Below, piece after piece: positions 1 to 9,900 of a DNA stretch of 64,000 nucleotides. The stretch is from Candidatus Zixiibacteriota bacterium (GTDB lineage Bacteria > Zixibacteria > MSB-5A5 > UBA10806 > 4484-95). The notes under the pieces are model-generated. The model had not been told where the DNA came from. It saw only the letters and a list, made by a program, of their open reading frames with translations, and searched no databases. The translations under genes and the position numbers were made by a program. The DNA is taken from positions 6,952 through 70,951 of the forward strand of contig JBBIRK010000008.1 in assembly GCA_037441845.1 (NCBI GenBank). Reading direction: 5' to 3'. Positions within the stretch are counted from its first letter, which is position 1, and each line of letters begins with the position of its first letter.

Positions 1-1486
1 TCTCCATGGTTCGGCGATATTCTTCGAACCCGGGCTTGCCAGCCAAAGCGAACATGGCCTTTTTATAGGCCTCGACTCCGGGCTGGATAAATGGATTTAT
101 GCCAGCCATATATCCCGAAACCGCGGCCGACAGCTCCATCATGAAATAAAGCTGGCCGATATTGTATGCGTTTCTCGCCGGGAAATCTATCGTCATGTTC
201 GGCACGCCTCCTTCCAGGTGAGCGTAAGCCGGACCATCGATAACCAGGTCGTTTACGAAATTGAGACTTCGACGGTTGTCCGACAAGAAGTTCAAACCGT
301 CGAGATTTTCAGGATCGGGCGGTATCGGCATTTCGTTGTCGTGTCGGCGAAGACGCAGGAACGTCTCTATAAATATCCGCGGCCCATCCTGAACCATCTG
401 GCCGTTGGCGTGGAGCTTTTCCGAGTAAAGCGACGGCGACACCCACAGGCCGTTTCCCCGCTGCCCTTCGCTTTCCGGAAACAATTGCTCCATCCAGCGC
501 GCCAAGTGAATCAGGTGCGTGGAGTTGCTGGCAATGACCTCTATCGATTTGCCTTTTATGAACGAGAGATAGCGGACGGCGGCGTGAACCAAAGCCGGGT
601 TTTTCCAAAAATCGTCGGTTGTGGTACGCTGTTTCATCGTCCGAAAGCCGGCCAGAAATTCGGCGATATCCACGCCGGCGACCGCCAACCCGAACAGCCC
701 GACATCCGACAGCACCGAATACCTGCCGCCTATATTATCAGGAATCACGAAGGTTCGGTATCTTTTCTTCTCGGCCAAACTCCGCAAAGCCCCCCGCGTT
801 TTGTCGGTGGTGGCGATTATGTAATCGGCGGCCTTTTGGCCGGCCCACTTTTCGACTAGCTGACGCAGGATTCGAAAAGCTATGGCGGTCTCCGTCGTGG
901 TCCCCGATTTGGAAATGACATTTATACCCACCCGTTTTCCCTGCAATAAATCAAGAGAATCCCGATAAAAATCGGGATCGAGATTCTGCCCCATAAAATA
1001 AATTTCGGGGACATCGCCCCGATCGGCGCGCGAAAGCTGATTAAAATGGGTATGGGTCAGGGCTTTGAAAGTCGCCTCGATACCCAGATACGATCCCCCT
1101 ATACCGAGCGAAACAAAAGCGTCGACATCGTTTCGGAATTGCCGGGCGGCGGCTATGATTTCGGCAACATGCTCGTCGGTTATTTCATCGGGAAGGGTGT
1201 ACCAACCGAGCATAGGGATTCCGTTGTCAAGGCAGTTGCCTTTCTTCGTCTCGATCAGCTTTTTCATTTCGACCGCCCGCAAGCCGATCGCAGACAATTC
1301 ATCCTCGCCGATAAACGATTCGCCGTCGGCGGCGTTCACGATATTGGTGATATCGAGTTCGATCCTATTGTCGTCGATGAAATTTTGATCCGGGCGGAAT
1401 CCCGGTGAATTGGTCGCCCGTTTCCGTTGGTTTTGAATCGTTTTATTCGGGCCGAGTTGGGCGGTATCGAGTCCGTCGCCCTGCAA
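1..1486 (-). CDS. pgi: glucose-6-phosphate isomerase (3' end runs off the window start; 5' end uncertain)
   Basis: Absent from the ORF track because no stop lies inside the window. My reverse-strand translation (codon first bases at positions congruent to 1 mod 3) reads FRNDVDAFVSLGIGGSYLG ... NVISKSGTTTETAIAF ... IPDNIGGRYSVLSDVGLFGLAVAG ... INPFIQPGVEAYKKAMFALAGKPGFEEYRRTME, which are classic PGI motifs. No ATG/GTG/TTG lies near the conserved N-terminus (IELDITNI). Start candidates are TTG 1486 (preceded by GGGAAGGAA) or GTG 1339. Confidence 0.85.
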   Translation of the reverse strand, partial: MQGDGLDTAQLGPNKTIQNQRKRATNSPGFRPDQNFIDDNRIELDITNIVNAADGESFIGEDELSAIGLRAVEMKKLIETKKGNCLDNGIPMLGWYTLPDEITDEHVAEIIAAARQFRNDVDAFVSLGIGGSYLGIEATFKALTHTHFNQLSRADRGDVPEIYFMGQNLDPDFYRDSLDLLQGKRVGINVISKSGTTTETAIAFRILRQLVEKWAGQKAADYIIATTDKTRGALRSLAEKKRYRTFVIPDNIGGRYSVLSDVGLFGLAVAGVDIAEFLAGFRTMKQRTTTDDFWKNPALVHAAVRYLSFIKGKSIEVIASNSTHLIHLARWMEQLFPESEGQRGNGLWVSPSLYSEKLHANGQMVQDGPRIFIETFLRLRRHDNEMPIPPDPENLDGLNFLSDNRRSLNFVNDLVIDGPAYAHLEGGVPNMTIDFPARNAYNIGQLYFMMELSAAVSGYMAGINPFIQPGVEAYKKAMFALAGKPGFEEYRRTME

Positions 1487-1518
1487 TGGATATTCCTTCC
1501 CGTCCAAGGCCGCAGATT

Positions 1519-2442
1519 TCACGCTTTGCCCGCGCTGCCGAGCAAAGTGATTTTGCTTTTTATGATTTCTTTTATCGCCTGGCGCGCCGGGCCGAGGATT
1601 TTCCTTGGGTCTATCTCTTGGGGACTTTCGGCCAGCACCTGTCTGACCTCGGCCACGAATGTCAGGCGCAAATCGGTATCGATATTGATTTTATTTATGC
1701 CGCATTCGACCGCTTTTCGATACGCTTCGTCGGGCAATCCTTTGGCGCCCGGCAGTTTGCCGCCGTATTTGGCGATTTTCTGGGTCAAAGATTCGGGAAC
1801 GCCGCTTGCCCCATGCAACACGAGCGGTATCTTGGTCATCTTTTTTATCAGAGCTATGCGCTCGAAATCGAGTTTCGCCTCGCCTTTGAACTTATAGGCT
1901 CCGTGGCTGGTGCCGACAGCCACCGCCAAAGCGTCGACACCTGTTTTTTGGGCGAATTCAACGGCTTGCGCCGGATCCGTAAGATGAGCATCCTTGGCGT
2001 CAACATTGACTTCATCTTCGATTCCACCCAGGCGGCCGAGTTCCGCCTCGACACTGACATCATGAGCATGAGCGTATTCCACAACGCGGGCCGTCAATTC
2101 GATATTTTTTTCGAAAGGCAGATGTGATCCGTCGATCATCACCGAGGTGAAACCGGCATCGACACAGTTGCGCGCATCCTCGAAAGTCGCCCCGTGATCA
2201 AGATGCAAGACCACGGGCACCGGTGCTTTTGCCGCACCAGCTTTGACGATAGCGATCAGATAATCCATACCGGCGTATTTTATGGCGCTGGTCGATGCCG
2301 CCAGGATTATCGGAGCTTTGACCTCCGTGGCCGCCTCTATGGCAGCCTGGACGAATTCGAGATTATTGACGTTGAACTGGCCGATAGCGTATCTCGATCT
2401 ATCGGCGGCGGGATATAATCTTTTCAGCGATTCGAGCGGCAT
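1519..2442 (-). CDS. fba: class II fructose-bisphosphate aldolase
   Basis: 307-aa ORF. It carries VVLHLDHG, MIDGSHLPFEKNI, SVEAELGRLGG, GTSHGAYKF and LVLHGASGVP, which are hallmark class II (metal-dependent) FBA/tagatose-bisphosphate aldolase motifs. Confidence 0.9.
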   Translation of the reverse strand: MPLESLKRLYPAADRSRYAIGQFNVNNLEFVQAAIEAATEVKAPIILAASTSAIKYAGMDYLIAIVKAGAAKAPVPVVLHLDHGATFEDARNCVDAGFTSVMIDGSHLPFEKNIELTARVVEYAHAHDVSVEAELGRLGGIEDEVNVDAKDAHLTDPAQAVEFAQKTGVDALAVAVGTSHGAYKFKGEAKLDFERIALIKKMTKIPLVLHGASGVPESLTQKIAKYGGKLPGAKGLPDEAYRKAVECGINKINIDTDLRLTFVAEVRQVLAESPQEIDPRKILGPARQAIKEIIKSKITLLGSAGKA

Positions 2443-2462
2443 TTCATTCCTTCTATTAAGGT

Positions 2463-4139
2463 CTAAGCCATCACCGTTGTCCTTTTAGCGCGAGCGCCAT
2501 CCGTTTTAGGTCCCGCTTTTATCACTTCCGGCGACGCTTCCTTTTCGTAAGCCTTGAAATTTTCACGGAAAAGCCGCCCGAGTTCAAGAACTTTTTCGTC
2601 ATAGGCGTTCTTGTCCGCCCAGGTATTGCGCGGATTCATCACCTCAGTCGGAACTCCGGGGCAGGCCGTGGGCACCTCGAATCCGAATATGGGATCGATT
2701 ATCGTTGGTACATTGTCGAGTTGCCCGGTGAGAGCGGCTTTCACCATAGCCCGTGAATAGGCTATTTTGACCCGACTACCGACTCCATACGGTCCGCCGG
2801 TCCAACCGGTATTTATCAACCAGCATTTGACTTTCCGGCTACTCAGTCTTTGCTCCAGCAGTTTGGCGTATTCGAACGGATGCAGAACCATGAATGGGGC
2901 GCCATAGCAGGCCGAAAAAGCCGCCTTAGGCTGAGTGCCATCTCCGCTTTCGGTTCCACCGAGTTTGGCGGTATATCCAGATATGAAATGGTACATCGCT
3001 TGGGCCGTGTTGAGGCGGGCCACCAAAGGCATTACTCCGAAAGCATCGCTGGTAAGAAATACTACGTTCCGGGGATGACCGGCGGTTCCGCCCCGATGGA
3101 CATTTTTTATATGAGTCAGCGGATAAGCCGCCCGTGTATTCTCGGTCAACGAATCATCGTTGAGATCAACCTTTCGGGTATAAGGATCGAAGGCCACGTT
3201 TTCGAGTATGGTGCCGAATTTGCGCGTGGTTTCGTAAATATCCGGCTCGGCCTCGGCAGACAATCTGATGACCTTGGCATAACAGCCGCCTTCGAAATTA
3301 AAGATGCCGTCATCGCTCCAACCGTGCTCGTCATCGCCTATCAGGCTGCGCTCGGGATCAGCGGAAAGCGTGGTCTTGCCGGTTCCGGAAAGTCCGAAAA
3401 ACAGGGCCACGTGGCCGTCTTTGCCCACATTGGCCGAACAGTGCATCGACAAGACGCTGCTTTGCGGGTAAAGATAATTGAGAATCGAAAACACCGATTT
3501 CTTTATTTCACCGGCGTAGCTCGTGCCGCCGATTATCACTACCTTGCGGGCGAGATTGAGGATGATGAACGTCTCGGAATTGGTGCCGTCGAGCGAAGGA
3601 AGCGCATGGAAATGCGGCATGTGAATTACGGTAAACTCTGGGTGATGCATCTGAAGTTCTTCCGGTTTGGCTTGTATAAAGAGGTTGCGGGCGAAAAGCG
3701 AATGCCAGGCGCTCTCGGTAATCACCCTAATCGGCAGACGATATCTCGGATCGGCTCCGGCATAGCAATCCTGAATATATAGATCCCTTCCCTGTATGTA
3801 TGCCAAAAGCCTGTTGAATAGAATCTCGAAATTTCTCTCCGAGATAGGTTGATTTGACTTCCCCCACCAAACCTTGTTTTTGGAGTCCGGCTGTTCGACG
3901 ATGAATTTATCCTGAGCGGCTCTTCCGGTATATTGCCCGGTGCGCACGACCAGCGGACCGAGGTGGGCGATATGTCCTTCGCGGCGCCGGATCACCTCCT
4001 CGTATAAGGCCGGTGTCCCCAGATTCCAAAATGCCTGGCCGTAATTGGTGATGCCGTGATTTTCCAGGCCGTAGCTGCTCACGTTCTTCTTAGCTTCCAT
4101 GTCCGCCTCCGGCTCGTTTTGCAGATGACCATCGATCAT
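2463..4139 (-). CDS. pckA: phosphoenolpyruvate carboxykinase (ATP)
   Basis: 558-aa ORF. FFGLSGTGKTTLSADPERSLIGDDEHGW is the kinase-1a region of ATP-dependent PEPCK, and the length fits. The true start may be the second Met (MEAKKN). Confidence 0.95.
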   Translation of the reverse strand: MIDGHLQNEPEADMEAKKNVSSYGLENHGITNYGQAFWNLGTPALYEEVIRRREGHIAHLGPLVVRTGQYTGRAAQDKFIVEQPDSKNKVWWGKSNQPISERNFEILFNRLLAYIQGRDLYIQDCYAGADPRYRLPIRVITESAWHSLFARNLFIQAKPEELQMHHPEFTVIHMPHFHALPSLDGTNSETFIILNLARKVVIIGGTSYAGEIKKSVFSILNYLYPQSSVLSMHCSANVGKDGHVALFFGLSGTGKTTLSADPERSLIGDDEHGWSDDGIFNFEGGCYAKVIRLSAEAEPDIYETTRKFGTILENVAFDPYTRKVDLNDDSLTENTRAAYPLTHIKNVHRGGTAGHPRNVVFLTSDAFGVMPLVARLNTAQAMYHFISGYTAKLGGTESGDGTQPKAAFSACYGAPFMVLHPFEYAKLLEQRLSSRKVKCWLINTGWTGGPYGVGSRVKIAYSRAMVKAALTGQLDNVPTIIDPIFGFEVPTACPGVPTEVMNPRNTWADKNAYDEKVLELGRLFRENFKAYEKEASPEVIKAGPKTDGARAKRTTVMA

Positions 4140-4232
4140 CGCAAAAGCTGCTTCAAGTCATTCTCCTGTATTATATATAAGTTTATATCGGTATGAAATA
4201 GATTAGGTTCAACGATAAGACGTCGATTCAAG

Positions 4233-4262
4233 GAAAAAAAAGACCGGACAATAGGTCCGGTC
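4233..4262 (-). terminator. rho-independent terminator downstream of the SWIB gene
   Basis: Perfect 8-bp stem GACCGGAC (4242-4249) / GTCCGGTC (4255-4262) with a 5-nt loop. On the minus strand it is followed by a T8 run (plus-strand A-run 4234-4241), 24 nt after the stop codon. Confidence 0.7.
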
Positions 4263-4285
4263 TTGCGCCGAATTCGCAGGAATGA

Positions 4286-4657
4286 TCAGGACAAGTGCTT
4301 ATTGACTATTTTGGTCATTTCGAACATGCTGACCTGGGATTTGCCGCCGAATACTCTTCTCAGTTTGTCATCGGCGTTGATCATGGTTTTTTGCGTCTTA
4401 TCCTGCAACCCGTTCTTCTTGATATATTCCCAGAGCTTCTTGGTGATCTGTGTTCTGGGCATCGGTTTGCCGCCAACAATCTCAGCCAGGTCTGCGCTGG
4501 GCGTCATCGGCTTCATGAAAGCCGGGTTTGGAGCCCTCTTGATTTTCTTCTTGGGCGCCTTCTTGGCCACTTTTTTCTTGGCCGGTTTCTTAGTCACTTT
4601 TTTCTTGGCTGGTTTTTTCTTGGCGGTTTTTTTTGCCGTTTTCTTTTTCGCCGGCAT
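4286..4657 (-). CDS. SWIB/MDM2-domain protein with lysine-rich histone-H1-like N-terminal tail
   Basis: 123-aa ORF. The N-terminal ~45 aa are AKKK/PAKKK repeats. The C-terminal ~75 aa (LAEIVGGKPMPRTQITKKLWEYIKKNGLQD...INADDKLRRVFG...VSMFEMTKIVNKHL) match the SWIB domain pattern. An SD-like GGAGA lies 6 nt before the ATG. Confidence 0.8.
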   Translation of the reverse strand: MPAKKKTAKKTAKKKPAKKKVTKKPAKKKVAKKAPKKKIKRAPNPAFMKPMTPSADLAEIVGGKPMPRTQITKKLWEYIKKNGLQDKTQKTMINADDKLRRVFGGKSQVSMFEMTKIVNKHLS

Positions 4658-4776
4658 AAGCGTCTCCTGTTTTGGGGTTCAAGGTTAAACAAACCTTACA
4701 TTTATCTACGCGTCAAATCAGCCACATGTCTCATCGCCCATAGCTTCACTTCATGGCTTTGCTGTTGGCGGCAAAA

Positions 4777-4806
4777 ATTATAGGAGTAATCCGGCAGAAT
4801 TTTCAA
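4777..4806 (-). promoter_or_regulatory. sigma70-like promoter for the SWIB gene
   Basis: The minus strand reads TTGAAA (4806-4801), N18, TATAAT (4782-4777), about 120 nt upstream of the ATG at 4657. Confidence 0.4.
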
Positions 4807-5041
4807 ACAAAAATTGCAGGTTCCGAAAAAATATTTTTTGCCGTCAGAGACGAATATCAGCCTTCGGAAAGGGGGTGAACGCTTTTTCTATGCTTAAAAC
4901 CCATGCCGAGTGATTCGGCATACCCCCCTTTGAACGGACGGGAACCGGATTTTATCCGCGCGGCAACCCGATCAGGCTGAGGCCGTCCCCGTCTATAAAC
5001 TGCGAAAATGCGCTTATTACCCTTTGGATGGCCAGCGCACT

Positions 5042-6616
5042 TTAAATCCCATAGAGCGGCGCATATTTGCCGCGCAAGTACTCCAACAAATAGCGTGAAT
5101 TCAGGGGTTCGCCGGTCACTTTTATCACCAGTTCGGCAGCCCGATACCTTTGCCCGTGCCGATGGATTTTCTCCCGCAGCCAGCCAAGAAGAGCGGCGAA
5201 TCGCCCGTCGGCGAACTGCTTTTCGAGATCGGGGATTTCCTGCTTGGCTTTGGCGAAAAATTGGGCGGAGTACAGATTGCCGAGCGTATAGGTGGGGAAA
5301 TACCCTATTAGACCGGCGCCCCAATGAACATCCTGAAGGCACCCCTGGCGGTCATCGGGCGGTTCGATACCGAGATATTGTTTGAATTTGTCATTCCACA
5401 CTGCGGGGATATCGGCGGTCTTGAGATCGCCCGAGAAAATAGCGTGTTCGATTTCGAATCGGAGCAAAATATGCAAATTATAGGTGGCCTCGTCGGCCTC
5501 CACCCTGATAAACGACGGGCGCACCTCGTTGATAGCAAAATAAAACTCTTCCAACGACACGTCTCTCAGCGACTCGTAAAACAGCTTTTGAATCCAGGGG
5601 TAAAAATACTGCCAAAACGCCAGCGACCTGCCTACCACATTCTCCCACATCCGGGATTGCGATTCGTGAATCCCCAAAGAGATCGATTCCCCCATAGGAA
5701 GCCCGAAATATTTCTTATCCAGGCCTTGATCATATAGAGCATGGCCGGTTTCGTGCAATATCCCGAAAAACGCCTGGCCGAAATGGTTGGCATTGTAGCG
5801 GGTGGTGATACGAGTGTCGCCCGGGCCGATACCGATACAAAACGGATGGGTGGTCACATCCAGCCTCCCCGAGTCCATATCGAAACCGATGGCAGAGGCG
5901 GCCAACTTACCGATAATTTCCTGTTTATCGATAGGGAAACTGCGCTGCAATATCTCAGTTTTCGGCCGACGATTCGACTCGGCAATAGCCCGGATCAATT
6001 CCACCAGCGGCTTACGCAGATTTTCCAGAACCTTTTTCAGGCTCGCAGCCGTCTCCCCGGGCTCATAATCATCGAGAAGTGCATCATAGGGCTCGGTGTT
6101 ATATCCGATCGCCTCGGCATAACGTCGTTTGAGATTTATTATCTTTTCCAACCACGGAAGGAAAGGAGTCGTGTCCGATTTGCGGCGCGCCTCAACCCAG
6201 GCCTGCTCGGCCAGAGTAGTGGTCTTTTCCAGCTCCTCCACCAACGATTTGGGCACCTTCACCAACTTGTCATACTGCCGTCTTAGTTCGCGCACGTTCA
6301 CCCTGTCGGGCGAATCGTCCGCCTCAGAGGATACGATATCCTCCGCCTTTTTCAACAAATCACCGATTTCCGATGCAGTGAATTTTTCGTGCACCATACC
6401 CGAGAGCAAGGCTTTCTGTTCAGCACGATGGTTTCCGCCGCCCGTGGGCATATATGTCCTCTCGTCCCATTCGAGGACGGCGGCGCAGGAATGCAACAGG
6501 CTTATTTCGGTTATTCGACGATACAATTCATCGAGCGATTTCTTGTCATTATCCGTATCGGCCATGATCACACTCTCCTTTTCGCCCGGTCGGCGCGGTT
6601 TTTCAATTATATACAA
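5042..6616 (-). CDS. M32 carboxypeptidase (carboxypeptidase Taq family)
   Basis: 524-aa ORF. It carries the HETGHALYDQG zinc site (HExxH), IHESQSRMWEN, DVHWGAGLIGYFPTYTLGNLY and FIRVEADEATYNLHI, typical of thermostable carboxypeptidase 1 (M32). The start may be the internal MADTDND. Confidence 0.9.
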   Translation of the reverse strand: MYIIEKPRRPGEKESVIMADTDNDKKSLDELYRRITEISLLHSCAAVLEWDERTYMPTGGGNHRAEQKALLSGMVHEKFTASEIGDLLKKAEDIVSSEADDSPDRVNVRELRRQYDKLVKVPKSLVEELEKTTTLAEQAWVEARRKSDTTPFLPWLEKIINLKRRYAEAIGYNTEPYDALLDDYEPGETAASLKKVLENLRKPLVELIRAIAESNRRPKTEILQRSFPIDKQEIIGKLAASAIGFDMDSGRLDVTTHPFCIGIGPGDTRITTRYNANHFGQAFFGILHETGHALYDQGLDKKYFGLPMGESISLGIHESQSRMWENVVGRSLAFWQYFYPWIQKLFYESLRDVSLEEFYFAINEVRPSFIRVEADEATYNLHILLRFEIEHAIFSGDLKTADIPAVWNDKFKQYLGIEPPDDRQGCLQDVHWGAGLIGYFPTYTLGNLYSAQFFAKAKQEIPDLEKQFADGRFAALLGWLREKIHRHGQRYRAAELVIKVTGEPLNSRYLLEYLRGKYAPLYGI

Positions 6617-6920
6617 ATCTTATTATAATGGCAAACGCAAACGGGCCGGAAAACCAAAGTTGATAAAAATGCAAAAAAATATCCCTTTTCGTATAAAATC
6701 GGAGACGAAACGACTTGTGTATTTGTTATTGTATAAGGAAAGTATGTGCACAGGTCATATTGTTAAATTTCTGCTATACTCGTTGACATCTCGCCAAAAT
6801 CGGATAAATTACAAAATAGAATTTAAGCTCCTCTGTCATTAAGGTCGCGACAGATGAACGTTAAGGCAACCGACTCGATAATTTGAATATCTTCTAAAAT
6901 TTTTTGAGGGAGTTTTTGCG

Positions 6921-9900
6921 ATGAGTGAAGCAAAATCACGGACAAGAGTCGTCTTGACGGCGATGCTGCTGATTCTGGCCTTCTCCGGGGCAATGGCGAT
7001 GAACCGGGAAGCGGTCGATCTGGCCCGACAATCTTTCCGCGCCGAATACCCGCTTGCGGTATTTCATTACGAGGGAGATCAACTGGCACGGATTTACGGG
7101 GCCCCGATCGAATTGGGCGGCTCAAGCCCCCTGGAAAGTGCCGAACTTTTCCGGCAAAGGTATTCGGCGGTCCTCGGATTGACCCCGGACGAACTCGTCC
7201 AGGTGAGCGCTTTCAACGACGATCTGCATACTCAACAGGTCATGTATGACCAGGAAACCGATCAATATAAATTTACCCTGGTCTATTATTCCCAGCACAA
7301 GGGCGGTATCCCGGTTTTCCGGGGCGAGCTGCGCCTGCTTGTCTTGAATCAGCCCGGTTTTCCGATCGTTTCCGCTGTCTGCGCCGTGCGCGATCTCGGC
7401 TCTTTCGCACCGCAGCAGGCAAGCGCATATGACCCATTGACGGTGCAGAGAAACTTCATGCCGCAAATACCACAAATGACCCAATTCTCCGATCCCAGAT
7501 TGGTTATCTGGGCAGGCGTGGAAGACGAGAAGGTGGAGCCGGTCTTAGGCGTCGAGTTCGTGGCCAGTGACGGTAACACTCCGACGATCGAAAGAAAACG
7601 TTATATCATCGATCCGGTTACCCTGTCTGTGCTGTTCGCGGAAAATATCGTAATCGACGTCGATGTGACCGGCCAGGTCAACGGATTGGCCACCGAAGAC
7701 TTCAAGTCGGAACAATGCGGCAATGAGGTTTCCACCGGCCTGCCGCATGCTTATGTCAACATACAGGGCGGCAATTCCGCCTATGCCGATTCCACGGGGG
7801 CTTTCGTCATTCCCAACGGCGGCAGCTCACAGGTGACGGTGATTTCCCAGACCCGCGGCCGCTGGTTCTATACCCAGAATCAAGCCGGCTCGAATTCGCA
7901 ATTGTCGCTGGCGGTCACGCCGCCAGGACCGGTCAATTTTCTGCACAACTCGGCCAATACGGAATACACCCGAGCCGAAGTCAACGGATATTATCACGCC
8001 AATGTGGTGCGGGATTTCACGCTGAAATACAATCCGACGTATCCGACGATTTACAATCAGACCAACTTCCCGGTCTATGTCAACGACAACACCGGTTATT
8101 GCCCGGGCAACGCCTGGTACGACGGCGTTTCGATTACTTTCTGCCGGGCCAGCGGAAGTTACCCCAATACCGCCTTTTCCACGGTGATTCATCACGAATA
8201 CGGCCATCATCTGGTGGCCATGGCCGGTTCCGGTCAGGGCCAATACGGAGAGGGGATGGGGGACGTGATGGGTGTGCTTATCACCGACAATCCCGGTCTG
8301 GCCTACGGTTTCACCGGCAATTGCAACACGCCTTTGCGCAATGCCGATAATACGATTCAATATCCATGCAGCGACGAGATACACTATTGCGGGCAATTGT
8401 TGTCTGGTTGCGTCTGGCACACCCGCAACGCCTTGGCGATCACCAATCCCACGACATACCGGGATATCATCGCCAATCTGGCTATCAACGCCATGCTGCT
8501 GCACACCGGAACGTCGATCACTCCGACTATAACTATCGACTACCTTACGCTCGACGACAACGATGGCAATATCTATAACGGCACCCCTCACTATTCCGAA
8601 ATTTGCACCGGTTTCAATGCCCACAATATGGACTGCCCGGCGCTCAACTTGCTTTCTTTCACTTACCCCAACGGGCGCCCGCCTTTGGTGAACCCCGGGG
8701 GCGGCACGACCATCCGGGTTCAAGTCAGCGGTGTAGGCGGCACGCCTCAGCCTGGGACAGGGAGGCTGTATTATAACGACGGCGGCGGTTGGATCAATGT
8801 GCTGATGAATCAGGTTTCGCCGAACGTATATGACGCCGTTTTTCCCGCTTTCGACTGCGGCGATCAGATTCAGTATTATTTCACGGCCCAAACGACTCAA
8901 GGAGCCACCGTATATGACCCGACTACAGCGCCGGGAACCAATTACACCGCAACCGTGGGAACCGGAATGATAACCCTGTTCGAAGACGATTTCTCGGGCA
9001 GCACGGGCTGGACCGGTTTGGGCGGCTCGGGCGAATGGACAATAGGAGCCGCCACCGGCGGAGCGGGTTCGGACACCCATGGGAATCCCGACCCGGCACA
9101 GGACCACAGCCCGACGACTGACAATCGATTGCTGGGAACAGACTTGACATCGGGAACCGGCGGAGATTACAGCGCCAACCTGTCGACGACCTATTGGGTG
9201 ACTTCACCAATAATAAACTGCGCGACCGCCCAAGGAGTGAATCTGGAATTCTATCAATGGTTGGGCGTAGAACGTAACCTTTACGACCACGCTTACTTGC
9301 AGGTTTACGATGGCGCGACCTGGATAACTATTTTCGAGAATTCATCGACGACAATCGACGAAAGTTCGTGGAGCTATAAAAAATACGACGTTTCGGCCTA
9401 TGCCGACAGCAACGCCAATTTCCGCATAAGATTCGGGATCGGCAGCACCGATGTCGGCTGGCAGTTCTGCGGCTGGAATATCGATGATATCAAGGTCTAT
9501 GGTATAGAATGTGATCTGGTGAACGGCACCATTTCCGGCACGGTGCAGTATCCGCTTGGGGCGCTGGCGGGTGCGATCGTCACCGCTCAAGATACCTCCG
9601 GCGCCGTTTTTGTCGATACCTCGACTGCACCAGGCGGAGCGTATTCGCTTTCGCTTCCCCCCGGCATCTACGATGTCACTTTCAGGCATATCGATTGTCT
9701 GGATACGAGTTTCAACGACATAAATATAAGCGCCGGCGGATTGGTCCCCATAAATGTAGTGATGAGATACAGGCCGGGAGCGGTTAAAGGTTTGGTGGTT
9801 TCCGAATCCGCCAATCCTATAGCCGGGGTTGTCGTTTCCGCTTTGGGGTCGATGAAACAGGACACAACCGGGGCTGACGGCCGCTATCTCCTTGTTGATC

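Noticed and set aside
218-4139. Multiple plus-strand ORFs (218..859, 1046..1408, 1405..2127, 2850..3782)
   Set aside because: All are antisense to pgi, fba and pckA, which carry textbook motifs. Their translations are Arg/Phe/Gly-rich with no motifs.
7827-9107. 426-aa ORF on the minus strand inside the protease gene
   Set aside because: It lies entirely antisense to a CDS with clear protease and MAM-like motifs. Its translation is Arg/Gly/Ala/Val-rich low-information sequence typical of antisense frames in GC-rich genes, with no SD and no motif.
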